Of a stretch of 64,000 bases of DNA, positions 1 through 14,077 are shown piece by piece (positions within the stretch are counted from its first letter, which is position 1; the number at the start of each line of letters is the position of its first letter). The notes under the pieces were generated by a model. That model was not told where the DNA came from and did not search any database. It saw nothing but the letters and a program-made list of their open reading frames with translations. Source of the stretch: Negaprion brevirostris (Eukaryota). The position numbers and the translations under genes were made by a program. The stretch is taken from positions 96,093,650 to 96,157,649 of the forward strand of contig JARDVH010000193.1 in the NCBI GenBank assembly GCA_030324005.1, read 5' to 3'.

Positions 1-3000
1 CTGATGCCGGCAAACTGGTGCAGTGCAAGAGCCAACTCCTGCAGGAGAATAAAAAAAACATTCAGGATTGGATTTCTGCCGACAAACTGTTTTGACTCTC
101 ATATTTTGTACTAACACTGCATGGGACTTTCCACAGGCTGGGATAGGATGGCACAATACCACATAAGTTCTTGGAACACCAGGCTGCTTTCTATTAAATG
201 CCACACAGTTTTCCCCCTTTATTCATAGATGCATGAGGAGAAAATTCCACCCAGTGTTTCTTCCAATATAACTAATTAATCTCCTGCAGACTGCAGCTGC
301 TATGCTTTCATTAACCACACAACCTTTTATAAATCTTTTCAATTTATGAGAAATATTTATTTGTTTTTTTTTTAAATTAAAAATTGTTGAGCTCGCCCAC
401 CTTAGTGCATCACTAAAATAGGCAGGCATTTGACATTGGTTAGATTTAAAATTCAACAGGCCATCTTGTGGGGGATTAGTAATGCCAATTTCCTTCCTAA
501 CTAGTTTGAAAGCTGGGTTAACAACATAGATTAAACCATTAAACAAACTCATGTTTATGGAGCTGGGGCCAGTTTGTCCCAACAATGGATTTGTTGACAT
601 CTGGGACCAAATCCAGCAACAGTGACTCGCTCTGGAATTTCCTGACACCTGGTACATTACCGGAGCCAGAAAGCTTAATGACTCATGGCCAACCCAAGCA
701 AAATCTAATAATTACATTGAAGTGACTGATTTCCACAATTTACCATTGTGCAAAGAAACAACAGCCATGTTCCATTAACAAATCCAAAGAATTTGTTTAT
801 TTATTCATTTAGAACGATGGCAAAAGACCAAATGTTCATACCTGGCTACATAGACAACAAGAGATCTTGTGGTGTTTGTGGATAATTCACTGAAATTTTT
901 ATTAAACCAAACCTTGTGAATGATCAGAATGGGTGGCTGAACCTGGTTCAGTCTTGATTTTCAAAAGGGGATTGGATCACAACTTGTAAATGGCAACAAT
1001 ATCCATTGCAATGGAACTGATTAGGAGTCCCCTCAAAGAGCTGGCATAGGCAGGATGGGCTGAACAGTCTCCTTCAGTGTACTCTTTCTTTCAAGTAATC
1101 AATTCAGATGCTGTGGTTTGTCTCAACAACCATGAGAGAGAGTGTTCAACAGAGGAGGTTTGGGCTCCAAACCACTTAGCCCATCAACAGATACTTTTCT
1201 TAGATCACACAGGAATGAGAATTGGGGTGTTGCAGCCCTCCAGTTGTATAGCTGAGGCAATAAGATGAAAAATAAGTTGCATATTCCTACCACAGAGTAG
1301 CTGTGCCATGAATGAGAATTCTGATGATACATACCACAGGTTAATTCAGTAATTTTGTTGTGGAGGGGAATGGTTTGCACACCTTCTTCAATGGTGGTGG
1401 ACGGGGGGTGGGGGGCAGAGCCTAAGTACACCGGGGATGCCGGCTTCAGAGCGTCTGGGCACCATGCACAGGGTATCCCAATCTTCTGGTCAACCGCGTA
1501 AAATTCCAGCCACAGTGTCTAATCAGGCGCTGCCACAATGCCAGGTGGGCACTGCCCAGCCATACCTTCGGTGACCTCAGTGGCCTCCAAGGCCCCCCAG
1601 TGCAGGCATGAAACCTGGTCCCCACTACTGCATAGTAGTACTGATTCTCGCCAGTGTGACCTCTCGCTAGCGAGTGGGGAAGCAGGCAGGAAGATGGAGG
1701 CAGCTGTGCTAAACTCGGTAACTACATTCAGTTGTGGTCAGTTCCACGTGTAGGCTTCGTGCCTTTGCTGGGCATGTTCTTGCTGGTAAAGAAGGGCCAA
1801 AAAGGTAGCAATCGTGAATCGGATTTTTGGCCTCACATGCTATCTTCCGGGCTTGCCACACTGATCGACCAGCAAGTCGAGCCAGTAAGATCACATCCTT
1901 TATCTTTTTTGAGCCTAGTAGGAAATGGGTTGATTTTCAATGTTGCATTGATTCACAACCTCAGCATGACAGACCAGTCTATAGCTGTGGAGAAATGATA
2001 TTTGTTTGACAATCCTGTTAATTTGGGGACATTTTCATTCAGTAGCCTTGTAAATTTTGTGTAAAATCCTGTCCTCAAAAAAGCTGCAATAATTTTCTCC
2101 CAGTAGCACACTCTTCTTTTGCAGGTACATCCTGACTTCTTCCCATTAAATATTCGGCTGTCAGTCACTATTTATTAGCCGAGTTGTTTTGTTGAAATAT
2201 ACATCAGACAGACAAGTCTCCAGACAGATCAGCATCAGTTAAATATAAAATATATTCAGGTATTAACAAAGGTTTTAGTGCGACAGCCTTAAAACATCAA
2301 ACATCCTCAGTCCTAACACGTTTATTAAGCATTTCACTGGCAATAAGATCCTGTTTCAGCAAACATGGGACACCTTCAGTAGTTACATACCATGTGATAA
2401 CAGCTTCACATACAGAATCAGCACCCACAGTCTGTTAGCTTCGAGCAAAAATCACCCATATATAAAATTACCTAGATTTAAGTACTGGTTCTGGGCCATT
2501 TTTCTTGTCAATCAATTTAATATTCATCCACATTTTATAGTTAGCTGTGATGATGGTTGATGTCATTGCTATTATTTTAACACCTACATGAAAAACAGTA
2601 ACAAGTTTAATTTCCACTCCTTCAATTTACACCAGATGTCTGTAGCCTTCCACTAGTTACTGTTCAATTGTAGTTGAAACTAGGTCAGAATAGTTGTACA
2701 TTATTTTGCCCACTGATTTAATCAGTCATGGTTTGTATACCTAACTGACAGCAGAGTTGGCCTCATTTCAAACAAGGCATTTTCACAATCCAATAACGCT
2801 ATTGCTCCTATCGCACTGGCTTGCCACACCTCTCACTGGTTAATAATGGGAGGAACATATTAGTTAATCACGCTGATTGCCACTCCTCATTTCTGTGACA
2901 ATGTTGGGCCGTGGATGAACTCATCTCCTTCGAATCAACACATAGCTAAATTTCTACAGGTAACATTTGTGCAAATATGCAGGTACATTTGACTTGCCAG

Positions 3001-5601
3001 ATAATTCAGAATCACCAGTAGATGGATTAGGATTGATGGCACTCATCAGTGTAACTCCTTTCCTACCTCTTCCCCAACAGGACAGGTATCTTGCTTTTAC
3101 ATTAAGTAATCTGGATACTTGCAAGAGCGCTCAAATACTGCACTCCAGGAGGTAGAAATTCATCTAGAGTGGTGACGTAAAACAGGCAGGAACGTATATA
3201 TTGCACCTTGCACTAAACGCTTGATGTTTAGCATTCTTGCATTCAGTGGAATTTAATAGCATCAGGCACTGTGTACAACGGGCAGTCAATCTGCTTTGCA
3301 TCACTGCCAGAGATGAATTTTTATCCCAGTACAATAATTAAATACAATTAAGAGTGAAAAAAGGAAAAGAAGTTGAATTGCTTTGTGTGCTTTAAAATGG
3401 ACCAGATTATATCATCCAGCTTGTATTTATTATTTAACTCCAGCCAAGGTTATTTTGTGTTTTGCTTATGTTTTATTCAAAAAAACAAATTGCATGATTT
3501 AAGATTATATAATTGATGGCCTGGTTCAGCTTTTGTTTACATCAAGCAGCAGAACTGAATTAATTTCTCTTAATAAAGGCAAGGGGACAGAGCACCAACA
3601 AACACTGGGCTACTGCAGACCTAGCTTTATTGACTCAACTTACCTCACAGTCCATATGCTATATTTACAGAAAATAGAAAAAATATTAGATTAGATTATC
3701 GTGACTCAACAAACAAAGCTAAACCAGAGCACTGCTTTTTATATTGTAATGGGTCATAATATCAGATGCTAAATGTTTAACTTTCTAATGGACCAACAGA
3801 ATATTCACAGGTGCACAGATGTTGCTTGTGGTGGAAAATTATGCTACATAAAAGTCAATTAGAAGCTCCATTTTATGCTTTTGAAAGAGGTAACTGCTGA
3901 ACAATATTCTCACATGAAAAGGATGAGTAATGAATTCCCAAATAACCACAGATGTAGAAAGCTAACTAGTTTCTTGGGTACTACCCCAAACCAACAATCA
4001 GCTGTCGGCTCCTACCTTAATACATGTCAGTTTGGAATTTGCTCCCTACTTTGCCAAGTTTTAGTTTTCTCTTAGTCGTTAAAAAAAACTACCTTCTTTT
4101 CGGAAAGTATGTGAATGGAATGATGATCATTGTAATTTATGTTAAGTGTCAGAGCAGTCTCAATATGGAAACATGCCTGGTTGTTTGGGGAGAACTAAAG
4201 AAATGTGGAACAATGTAAGGTGCATGGCATTCCGTGAATTCCAGCATCTGTTGCTCTAGCTGTAACTCAATTCATAAAATATTTACACGCGATTAATGGA
4301 AAAGTTTGAGATATCATATTCACCTAAACTTTAACCAATGACATTTATTCACATCATTGACTGGGACGAATATCTTTCCTGGATGATTGGATTGTTTCTG
4401 CATAATTTACAACCAAAGACTCTGGATGTAGTCAAACTCATGAGACCAAGGAGTTGCTACTGGTCCCAGAAATGTTGTGTATGGGTTTGAATAGTTTAGC
4501 ATTTTGGCTGTTACTTGCTTCAGTTGGATTAATTTGGTTAGTTTTCAGTCCAAGCAAGCTGTTCGACCATGTGCCACGTGGCAGTGAAACTTCATTGCGA
4601 GGCCATTACAGGAAACCGCTATGGTAGCACAGACCCTGCTGAAATGGAGATGAAATAACCCATCATATTTCCCCAGCTTATGACATAGGGAATCCAGTGA
4701 CAAATCAAAGAAAAGAAAGGGTTGCNNNNNNNNNNNNNNNNNNNNNNNNNNNNNNNNNNNNNNNNNNNNNNNNNNNNNNNNNNNNNNNNNNNNNNNNNNN
4801 NNNNNNNNNNNNNNNNNNNNNNNNNNNNNNNNNNNNNNNNNNNNNNNNNNNNNNNNNNNNNNNNNNNNNNNNNNNNNNNNNNNNNNNNNNNNNNNNNNNN
4901 NNNNNNNNNNNNNNNNNNNNNNNNNNNNNNNNNNNNNNNNNNNNNNNNNNNNNNNNNNNNNNNNNNNNNNNNNNNNNNNNNNNNNNNNNNNNNNNNNNNN
5001 NNNNNNNNNNNNNNNNNNNNNNNNNNNNNNNNNNNNNNNNNNNNNNNNNNNNNNNNNNNCCAAGTGATTCCTTGTGCAAAATGTAATTGAATATGCAGTA
5101 AATGACATGAAACAGCTCAATCAGAGGGGATTGAAAATTATTAACTACATCTATTAAACTATATCTACTTCCCACTAAAATCAGAAGTTAAAATATGCTA
5201 ATTATTTCCATTATTTTCAAACTTTTATGTTTGCGGAAATGGTGTTGCAAACACTGACGGATTTAGTCGGAACTTCCAAAATGTTATTTTTCCAAATTAG
5301 TCAGACCAAAAGGTAGACCAGGATTTCTAGGCTCTCACTTGTGCTGAGACTGTGCAAATATTTTGGCCAGTATTTAACATTCCCTGTGGACTATATTCTA
5401 TTATGCCACAAGGCAATATGTGTGCAAGTGGCAACAACAGGCATGTCTTCTGCCTTGGCACCTTGTTCTCAAGACTTTTTCTCTTCCAGTATTGTCCAGA
5501 ATGGGTACATTCATCAATACAGCCATACAGCTGCATAGTGGTTCTTAACTTGTGAGGAAAGAAGGGGTTCTAATAATTTCATTACATAGCAGCCACTTGC
5601 C

Positions 5602-6062
5602 CTGATCCCAGGCGAAAAAAAGACTTGTGATACGAGGAGCAGTTGAGAGGTCTGGGTCTATATTCAATGGAGTTTAGAAGGATGATAGTGGATCTAATTG
5701 AAACTTACAGAATACTGAGAGGCCTAGATAGAGTGGGCATGAAGATGATGTTCCCACTAGTAGGGAGAGACTCGAACTTGAGAGCACAACCTCAGAGTGA
5801 AGGGACGCTCCTTTAAATCTGAGATGAGGAAGAATTTCTTCAGCCAGGGGGTGGTGAATCTGTGGAACTCATTGCCACAGAGGGCTGTGGAAGCCAGGTC
5901 ACTGAGCGTCTTTGAGTCAGAGATAGATATGTTCTTGATCAAAAAGGGGATCAAGGGTTATGGGGAGAAGGCAGGAGAATGGGGATGAGAATCATATCAG
6001 CCATGATTGAATGCAGAGCAGATTTGATAGGCCGAACGGCCTAATTCTGTCCTACATCTTAT
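5602..6062 (+). mobile_element. CR1-clade LINE, 5'-truncated 3' end
   Basis: ORF2 C-terminus KGRSFKSEMRKNFFSQGVVNLWNSLPQRAVEA followed by a CR1 tail (ggccgaacggcctaattctg). Confidence 0.88.
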
Positions 6063-6649
6063 AATTGAAATTGGATTAGATCTTGATTTTAAAAACATTC
6101 AAGCAAATCATGAATTACAAACCATAAGTCTCAATTGCACTGATACTAGGTGACCTCCAGGTGTGCTGCACTCAAAATTCTTGAGGGTAGACCTAGATAA
6201 GCACCTCATTCACTTAAATCTGGGAAACACGTGCAAGCTGATCTTTTGCAGGGGGATTTCAGCTACATAGAGGGTTTTACCCAATGTATCTCAGAAGTGG
6301 TGCAAAAGATCAAGGAAATTCCAACATAACAATGCACCCCCATATTGCAAATTAGTTACCTATGAACAGCCTCTGAAAATCGTAGTGAGAACCTGCTTTT
6401 GTACTGACTGACTAGAAAATCTAAATTGTCGAATCCATTACTACAATGACCTTCTTTCAGCTTCAACAATTTACTCACTTCTGTGTCAACCCTCCTTGTT
6501 TGCTGCTGAAACCCTTATTTGCCCTTGCTCCAAGGTCGAGGTCTCCATTGCAACCCATATCCCACATCTCTATATTGCTGATCCACAAAGCTAAATTAAA
6601 TCATCCTTACCTTTCCAATGCCTCCATTATCTTCCCTCAGTCTAGATTA

Positions 6650-7585
6650 GCCATTCTCTCAGGATAACCTAGTTCATTCCTCCACTATACCCAACACCTC
6701 TCCCGTCACTCATGGCACCTTCCCATGCAATCGCAGAAGGTGTAACCCCTGCCCCTTTACCTCTTCAATGCCTACCATCCAAGGTCCAAAACATTCATTC
6801 TAGGTTAAGCAGCGTTTCACTTGCACCTCTTTCAATTTGGCCGTATTGTATTCACTGCTCCCAGTGTGGTTTCCCCTATATCAGAGAGATCAAGCGTAGA
6901 CTGGGTGATCACTTTACTGAGTGCAATCAGGATCCTGACCTTTCAGTTGTTTGCCATTTTAACATATGATCCTGCTCCCATGCCCACATGTCTGTTCTTG
7001 GCCTGCTGCAAAGCTCCAGTGAAGCTCAACGGAAACTGGAGGAACAGCATCTCATCTTCCAGCTAGGAACTTTACAGCTTTACAACTTTTCTGGTCTCAG
7101 CATCGAATTCAACAACTTCAAATGATTAGCTGTACCTCATTTCGACCCCTTTGTTTTCGTTCTATTTTATTTAATTTTTTAACTGTTCTCCACCTTTTAT
7201 TTCTTTATTGTTTCTCTTCATTTTTCTTCCCCGCCCCACTCTTCCCTTACCTTTTCTCCTCCTTTTCTAAATTTTACCCATATCCCATCCATCCCCACTC
7301 CAACCAACATCTCCATCTGTCACAGCTTACCATCTGATTTTAGCTTCTCTGCCGTTTGGCCATTCACACCCTTTATTGTCTCTATAGACTGCCATTAGCA
7401 GTCTTTTACCCTGGTTTCTGTGGCTATGGCTCATCTTTCATTCCCTCACCCTGCAATATAGATATCTCCAACATTCTGTGCCTTTGATGAAGGGTCATCT
7501 GGATTCGAAACATCAGTTCTTTTCTCTCCTTACAAATGTTGCCAGACCTGCTGAGATTTTCCAGTGTTTTCTCTTTTGGTTTCAG
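6650..7585 (+). mobile_element. Penelope-like retroelement remnant (GIY-YIG endonuclease end plus pLTR)
   Basis: Degenerate GTFPCNRRRC...YCIHCSQCG.PYI.E.KRRLGDHF.E motif; pLTR with hammerhead-like ttgatga...cgaaac at 7484-7511 and the ccagacctgctgagattttccag motif. Confidence 0.85.
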
Positions 7586-8559
7586 CTTTCTCCTGTAACT
7601 CTCAAGTACATACTCTGTACACTCATTCTTCTAACACTGGTTCCCCTGTTGCAATCAGCTGTACCATTCTTTTGTCCACTACTCATCCTCCCCTTCTGGA
7701 ATTTATTCTCTCTCGCATTTCCATCTAGTCACCAACTGCTTTCTGAAGTTTTTGCAATGCTCTTTTGTTTCAGGCTTTCATCTCCCTCCTCAGCTTCTCT
7801 TCACCTCCTGCCCATTGTGTGCACTTTGTCCACTGCCCTGTAAAGTACTTTGAGATATTTCTCTGTATATTTGTTATAGAAGTTCACATTATTGTAATAA
7901 CTCTACAAATCTGATGTCACAAATTCTTCAAGAATGGGAGCCTCTGTTTTAGAACCTGTGATTTATTTAGAAACACTTTGAAGAAGAAATAGTCAGTCCC
8001 ATTCTGATTGCCAGACCTTTTGTGTAGTATTCATTCTTATAGCTTGTTTGAAATGTNNNNNNNNNNGTATAAAAAATGAAACTACAAATAGATCATTTTA
8101 TCGTTGGAGTTTCCGTCCAAATGAAATGAATTGTCATTCATTAGCTGCATAAAAAGTGCTTTTTCAACTAGTTCTTACATCGGTACCAGTCATTCTGAGA
8201 TTTAATCATGTCTCTAACTCATTGAATATACAGCTTTTTCAGTCTACCCATTTGTCTTACAGCCTTAAATGTCTGTGTACATTAGAGATCTCAGTCTAGC
8301 AACATGTTTACCTGTGTGGATTGATCACAAATGATTAAGTTAAAAATTGGGACTGTTTACATAAACATCAGAAATCTTTATCAGACAGTTTTTCTCTACG
8401 TAGCCTTAAAACAGATTGGTCAATAAACTCCATGCATTACCCCCAAATGGGAATGAATAGCACCTTTTAACCCTTGAATACAAAAGTAAGTTTCTTTAGG
8501 TGCTTTAAATTCCATGCCAGGCATTGTAGCTCTAATGAGAGAAGAAGTTATGACTCTGA

Positions 8560-9305
8560 AACCCAGTGCGACTGGGTGCGAAAACTTGGTAAAGTCAGGC
8601 ATGAGGCGAGTTTGATGATCCACGACCGCTTCCTGCCTGTTCCCCCTTTACCAAGTGCCTAAAATGGCTCAAGCGTGATGCCAATTTAAATGCATTTGCT
8701 ACTGCATTCACTCATCAAAATTCAGCGTGAGACAGACATGGGTCCGCAAAGGTCTGTTTTGGGCACTCCAGCTTCTAAAGAGGAAGTTCAGAGCTTCCAG
8801 CAACTCTCTAACTCAGATCAGTGATAGGGGTGGGAGGACAGGCTGGTCAGATTGTTCTCTGGTGGAGGGTAGGGAGGAGGGAGGCAGATCAGATTGTTCT
8901 CTGGTAGGAGGGAAGGAGGTCCGCTGCCATTCTGCATGTAATCGGTTGGGAGGGAAGGGGAGTAGGGGGCCACGATCAGTAGAGGTAGCGGGGGTTGGGG
9001 TGAGAAGGGGAACAGTAATATTGTGGGGATGGGGCAATGTCTGTGAGGGCCGGGGAAAGGCTTCATTGGGCCCAGGAGCAATGTGGCAGGGAGCATTTTT
9101 TCAAAATTTATTTACTGCACATGTACAGTTGAAGGCTCTGATTGGAACTGCAGAATTTTGGGCGTGATAAACCCTGCCCACAGACTTCTGCAGCGTGATT
9201 CAGAATTGCTGCAATTTATTCAGGCAGAGTGCAAACGGGTTTACAAATCGGATCTGGAACACTCCCAAATTCAGCACTTAGAATCAAAATGGTAAAATCA
9301 GGCCC
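8560..9305. mobile_element. Degenerate non-autonomous TIR element (probably Harbinger-derived)
   Basis: Ends in the TIR-like aaaatcaggccc at 9294-9305; G-rich core with an internal ~41 bp direct repeat (cagattgttctctggt at about 8849 and 8890). Left end uncertain. Confidence 0.45.
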
Positions 9306-9685
9306 ATCCATTCACAAATCTTTTGTGAAAACACCCTCTGTTCCTGCAACCCCAAAATATCAGGGAGAGGCTTCAAATGCTTCACTCCTCTTAATCTTGT
9401 GTAAACATTGAGACATTGACAAAAGAGGCCACAGAAAGAATCATTTATTATTACCACTTAATAGCTGTCAATCATACAAGATCAACAGTCACTCCAGCTG
9501 TCAAAACAGAACTCCACTGCGATCATCATGATGAGCTTGGGATCCTTGTCTAGTAGTCATTGAAGCACAAATACAAGGTAAAAAGGTCATCTTGGATCAA
9601 ATGCGACACCAATATTGTGAACAGAGTAGCTTAATTTTGGAAGGAAAGAGGTTGGTAGCTATGGTACAGAGTTTGGAGTAGGGCC

Positions 9686-9733
9686 TCTGAACAGTAACTT
9701 CAGCTTCTGAATAGTAACTTCAGCTTCTGAATA
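9686..9733. repeat. 20 bp tandem duplication (about 2.4 units)
   Basis: tctgaacagtaacttcagct / tctgaatagtaacttcagct / tctgaata. Confidence 0.9.
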
Positions 9734-9823
9734 TTTAATTGAAGGACATTTCTACTCAACTAGTACAATATGTTGGATAAGCAGTTTAAAAGTTTAGCAA
9801 TTGGGGGAGGTAAGTAGGTACTG

Positions 9824-10165
9824 CTAAAGTTGAGTATTATCAGTGCATATTTGAAAACTAATGGAGTGCCTTTTGATAATATCACTGAGGGGCAGCATGT
9901 GGATGAGAAGAAGCAGGAGGCCAAAGATAGATCCTTGGGGACTCACCAGAGGCACTAGTGCAGTGGCAGGAAACAAAGAAGTTGTAAATAGTTTTCTGGC
10001 TATGTTTAGATAGATAAGAATGGAACAACGTGAGAGCATCGGGATGGCAGTGGAGTGGTGTTGGAGGAGGATGGTGTAATCAACAATATTAAAGGCCGCA
10101 GTCAGGTTGAGAAGGATGAAAAGGGAAAGCACACCTTTTCAGAGTCACATAGGATATCATTTGTC
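9824..10165 (-). mobile_element. L2-clade LINE reverse transcriptase fragment
   Basis: ILLNLTAAFNIVDYTILL...SPQGSIFGLLLLLIHMLPLSDII..HSISFQICTDNTQL matches a decayed LDLSAAFDTVDH / PQGS / YADDTQL pattern. Confidence 0.85.
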
Positions 10166-10180
10166 ACACAAGTGGAGAAA

Positions 10181-10472
10181 GGTGGCGGCATGGCACAGTG
10201 GTTAGCCCTGCTGCCTCACAGCGCCAGGGGCCCAGATTCGATTCCTGGCTTAGGTCACTGCCTGTGTGGAATTTGTGGGTTTTCTCCAGGTGCTCTGATT
10301 TCCTACCACAGTCCAAAAATGTGTGGGTTAGGTGGATTGGCCATGCTAAATTGCCCCTTAGTGTCAAGGAGACTAGGCTAGGTAAATGGGGATCGGGCCT
10401 GGGGGAAGGGGGTTGGGGACTGTGGTCGGTGCTGAATGGCCTCCTTCTGCGCTGTAGGATTCTATAATTCTA
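10181..10472 (+). mobile_element. HE1-type V-SINE, CR1-like tail
   Basis: tRNA-like head (tggcacagtggttagc; ttcgattcc), V-domain, and tail ggcctccttctgcgctgtaggattctat. Confidence 0.9.
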
Positions 10473-10696
10473 CATGACCTGCATACACAGTAATTAGAGG
10501 TTTTGATTATATTAATTTCAATACCTGTATATTTGATATATCTAATATATCAAATTTGTTGAAACATTGGGTACAATTATGTTGCGTAAATAGTTAGTCA
10601 GTTAATTGGGAAATGATCAAATGCTAATTCACATAGGAGTGATATCGAGCAGATATCAAAAAGCTTGAACTTCAGTCATTGCTAAACTGACATAGT

Positions 10697-10817
10697 GAGT
10701 GGGATTTTTCACACTGCCCAGGCCGGAAAATCCTGCCCGAGGTCAACGGACCTTTGCATGATCCACGTCCCACCCACTACAATTCCCGTGATGGGTGCAT
10801 TGGGAAAATTCCAGCCC
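10697..10817. mobile_element. ~125 bp MITE (copy 1)
   Basis: TIR-like g.gtgggattttt...aaaattccagccc; core gaggtcaacggacctttgcatg shared with 34500, 50771 and 53343. Confidence 0.75.
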
Positions 10818-12295
10818 GTCAGTCAAAAAGAAGTGCAATAAATAGTGAAAGAAATGTGTAGAGCAAGATTACAAATAAACTAATTGCCTTTCAGACACAA
10901 GCCATTGGCCAAACTATCTACAATTCTCTAACCATCATTTGGAACTTTGGTCATCTGCTATTGTATGACGAGTACAGGGATAGGTGATTCCAAAATGAAA
11001 TTTTGTTTGAAATACTAGCTTTCAGTGATTAGAATTTGGCTACAGATTTCCGTACGCAATTCAAGTCAATTGCACCAAGAATAGTTCTAAATGCTTTGTA
11101 GCAAAATTATCCAAACCCGTTCCGGGCTTTCAAAGTGATGCTTCTTTGATCAAGCTGTGAGATATAATAGTTGGAGAATGGATTATTTTTCAAACATTAG
11201 TAATCAGTATTAAGTATGACTCAGTATGGTATTGGTGGTAGCCCTGATTGGGAGCCTGCAGAGTGAGGTCACCCCACCCCACCCCAGAACCCACCTTGGG
11301 GGATCTTAAAATTATGCCTTATGAGGATGTCTGACAGTTATTGTGAGTCACAGGTAAGTTTGGGGCCACATCCTTAGAGAACCAGGATCCGACTACCCAC
11401 ATTCATGGCAAAACCATCATTACTAGCAACCGCGAAGACTTTCAATCTAGACTTGAATTCAATAAAATGAAAAGATAATGTCAAAATTGGGTGAACGTTG
11501 CAAATCTTTCCACTTCATTTGGGATAAAAATAAAAATGAACACAAACATTTCAGACTGCAAATTACTAGAGGAAAACATGTTTCTAACCAATGTTTACAA
11601 TTTAAAATCCTTTTCAATCAAGCAGCTAACATAAACCTGAAATGATTTTTGTTTAAACTCTGCTAATCATACACACTGCTCTCAAAGGAGATGAATGGTA
11701 TTAATTAAAGTGCTATTGACAAGCATTAGAGAAATACAATTGCCAGATAAAAATATGGTGGGTATGAGGTTCAAACCTGGAGTGTTGCTGCTGGCACTAC
11801 TGAAGTCAGTGTCCCTCCTTGGGATGTGCACTGCCCTGCCACCTGGCCACTTACATAGATGCCCCCTGGAAGTCATGGAGGCAACTGAATCAATGCTATC
11901 ATGCGCCACACAGTCCAACCAGCTGATGTGATGCCNNNNNNNNNNNNNNNNNNNNNNNNNNNNNNNNNNNNNNNNNNNNNNNNNNNNNNNNNNNNNNNNN
12001 NNNNNNNNNNNNNNNNNNNNNNNNNNNNNNNNNNNNNNNNNNNNNNNNNNNNNNNNNNNNNNNNNNNNNNNNNNNNNNNNNNNNNNNNNNNNNNNNNNNN
12101 NNNNNNNNNNNNNNNNNNNNNNNNNNNNNNNNNNNNNAGAGAGAGTTGCTACTACCTCACAAAGAGGGCACAGGGTTTGGCAGCCTGTCCGCACAAAGGC
12201 TGCATTTGAAGTCGTTTTATTTCTACAGCTTGACATGAAAATGGAGCAGGGACTGGGGAGGGATTTTTAATTTTCCTTTTAAAAATATAAATTAT

Positions 12296-12609
12296 GGAAT
12301 CATAGAATCCCTACACTGCAGAAGGTGGCCAATCGGTCCATCACGCCTACACTGACAACAATCCCACCCAGACCCTATCCCCGCAACACCACTTATTTAC
12401 CCTCCTAATCCGTCTCACCACTAAAGGTCAATTTACCTTGGCTAATCAACTAATCTGCACATCTTTTTGAAGTGTGGGAGGAAACCAGAGCAACTGGAGG
12501 AAACCCACGCAGACATGGGGAGAACATGCAAACTCCACAGACTGGAATTGAACCCGGGCCCATGGTGCTGAGAGGCAGAAATGCTAACCATAGTGCCACC
12601 TTGCCACCC
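12296..12609 (-). mobile_element. HE1-type V-SINE, CR1-like tail
   Basis: Reverse complement of head, V-domain and gattctatg tail. Confidence 0.9.
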
Positions 12610-14077
12610 CCAATATGCTGCGTGAACCATGAACCCAAAGTGTCATCAAGTTAAATCCTCTTAGATTATTTTTGACCTCAGTCACATTAGCTATTCAAAT
12701 ACTTCTGGCTGGCAGGGAGCAATTAGGCTTGTGTGTACAAAGTAAAAAGCGATCATAATTTTGAATGGTTGGCCCATGGTGGCAACTTATAAATTGATGG
12801 ATGCTACCAGCATTACAAATGCAGCAGCCACTGTCTATCAAATCATTTCTTCATTGTTACAACATTGCAGTTGTGCTGATCAGGACTCCTCTGACCCCTT
12901 CTAAGCTTCACCTCACTCATCTTTCCAGTAAAATACTGCCAAATTTCACTCTCTGTCACCCCACATTCCTGTATAACAATGAGTTTGGTGAGAGGGGCTT
13001 GTCCAAAAATATCAGTGATGATAAAGAATTAGCCAGTCATTCGTATGCTCTCTGAAATTATTCCAAAAATGGGCGGACACGAGTTTAAAATCACTTTAAC
13101 AGGCCATACTGACCTGGGGCAAGAGTCTGAAAACACTTCAGAGAGACAAACAAGTCATTAAAATACTCTGATCATTTTACATATTGTTTTAATTATGGAA
13201 TTACTGAGGAAAGAAATAGTTGGTTATTTTTGAGAACCTCATTGTTATCATCACGGATCAAACCAGTAAACTGCTGGAGAAAATTGTGTATTAGGATTAA
13301 AAGGTCATTACAAAAATGAGGCTCTGGCACCAGCAGTACTTGTTAATGACCAAAACTGAGAGTTATGACCCAAAATGATCACAGATGTGTTTCTGAATCT
13401 CACTGTTGGGATCTAGGCTGCAGACTGCCTCTTTCATCCAAAAGCATTTATGGAAATGTGACAGCAGTCAAATTTTAAAACGTGTATTAACTTGAGTTTA
13501 AAAGATGCCATGATTCCATTCCAATGATTTTGAAAAGAAACCCAGCAAAAAAAATTACATTAAAAAGAACCTGAAACCAGATGATGCCCTTGCAAACAAA
13601 ACAGAAATGTATTTCTTAAGGGATAGGCAGTCAATGAATAATGGGTAAGAGAGAGCAGGAGGTTATCTTATCTTTGGAAAATCCTGCTGGAAATCGATGT
13701 GACCTCTGCTACTGTCATCCCAATTCCCACCCTCAGTGCACTGCCTGTCCTATTTGTCTTCTTCTGGAAGCTCAATCTAATGTGTGATCTCCTCCTGTTC
13801 TCGAGGGGCAGATTATGAGAATGAATAGACATTCACAATTCTGTTTTATTTCCCTGTGTTGATGGGATGCTGTCTGGGGAGAGGTGGGGACTGGGGTGGG
13901 GTTGCATAGAAACAATTTAAATTTCAAGCTCCGTGTCAAACATAGAATGGAGACTGGGTTGAAGATACTGGAGAATTCATTATATTATGCTGCAAATCTT
14001 AAAAACTGAATGGAACCAGCAGTGGATAAGAAAATTCAATTGCCTCAGTGAATACCTTCAGAGTGACACATCTGTAT

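Noticed and set aside
1077-1268. ORF with VVCLNNHERE, considered as the missing upstream DACH exon
   Set aside because: Weak similarity only, and no donor giving the required phase 1 end. No upstream DACH exon was identified in 1-23310.
4545-5175. Long ORFs across N runs (also near 11682, 20066, 35218, 37516-38239 and 47357)
   Set aside because: Their length comes from X residues in gaps; not evidence of coding.
10181-10260. tRNA-like A/B boxes
   Set aside because: These are SINE heads continuing into V-domains, not tRNA genes.
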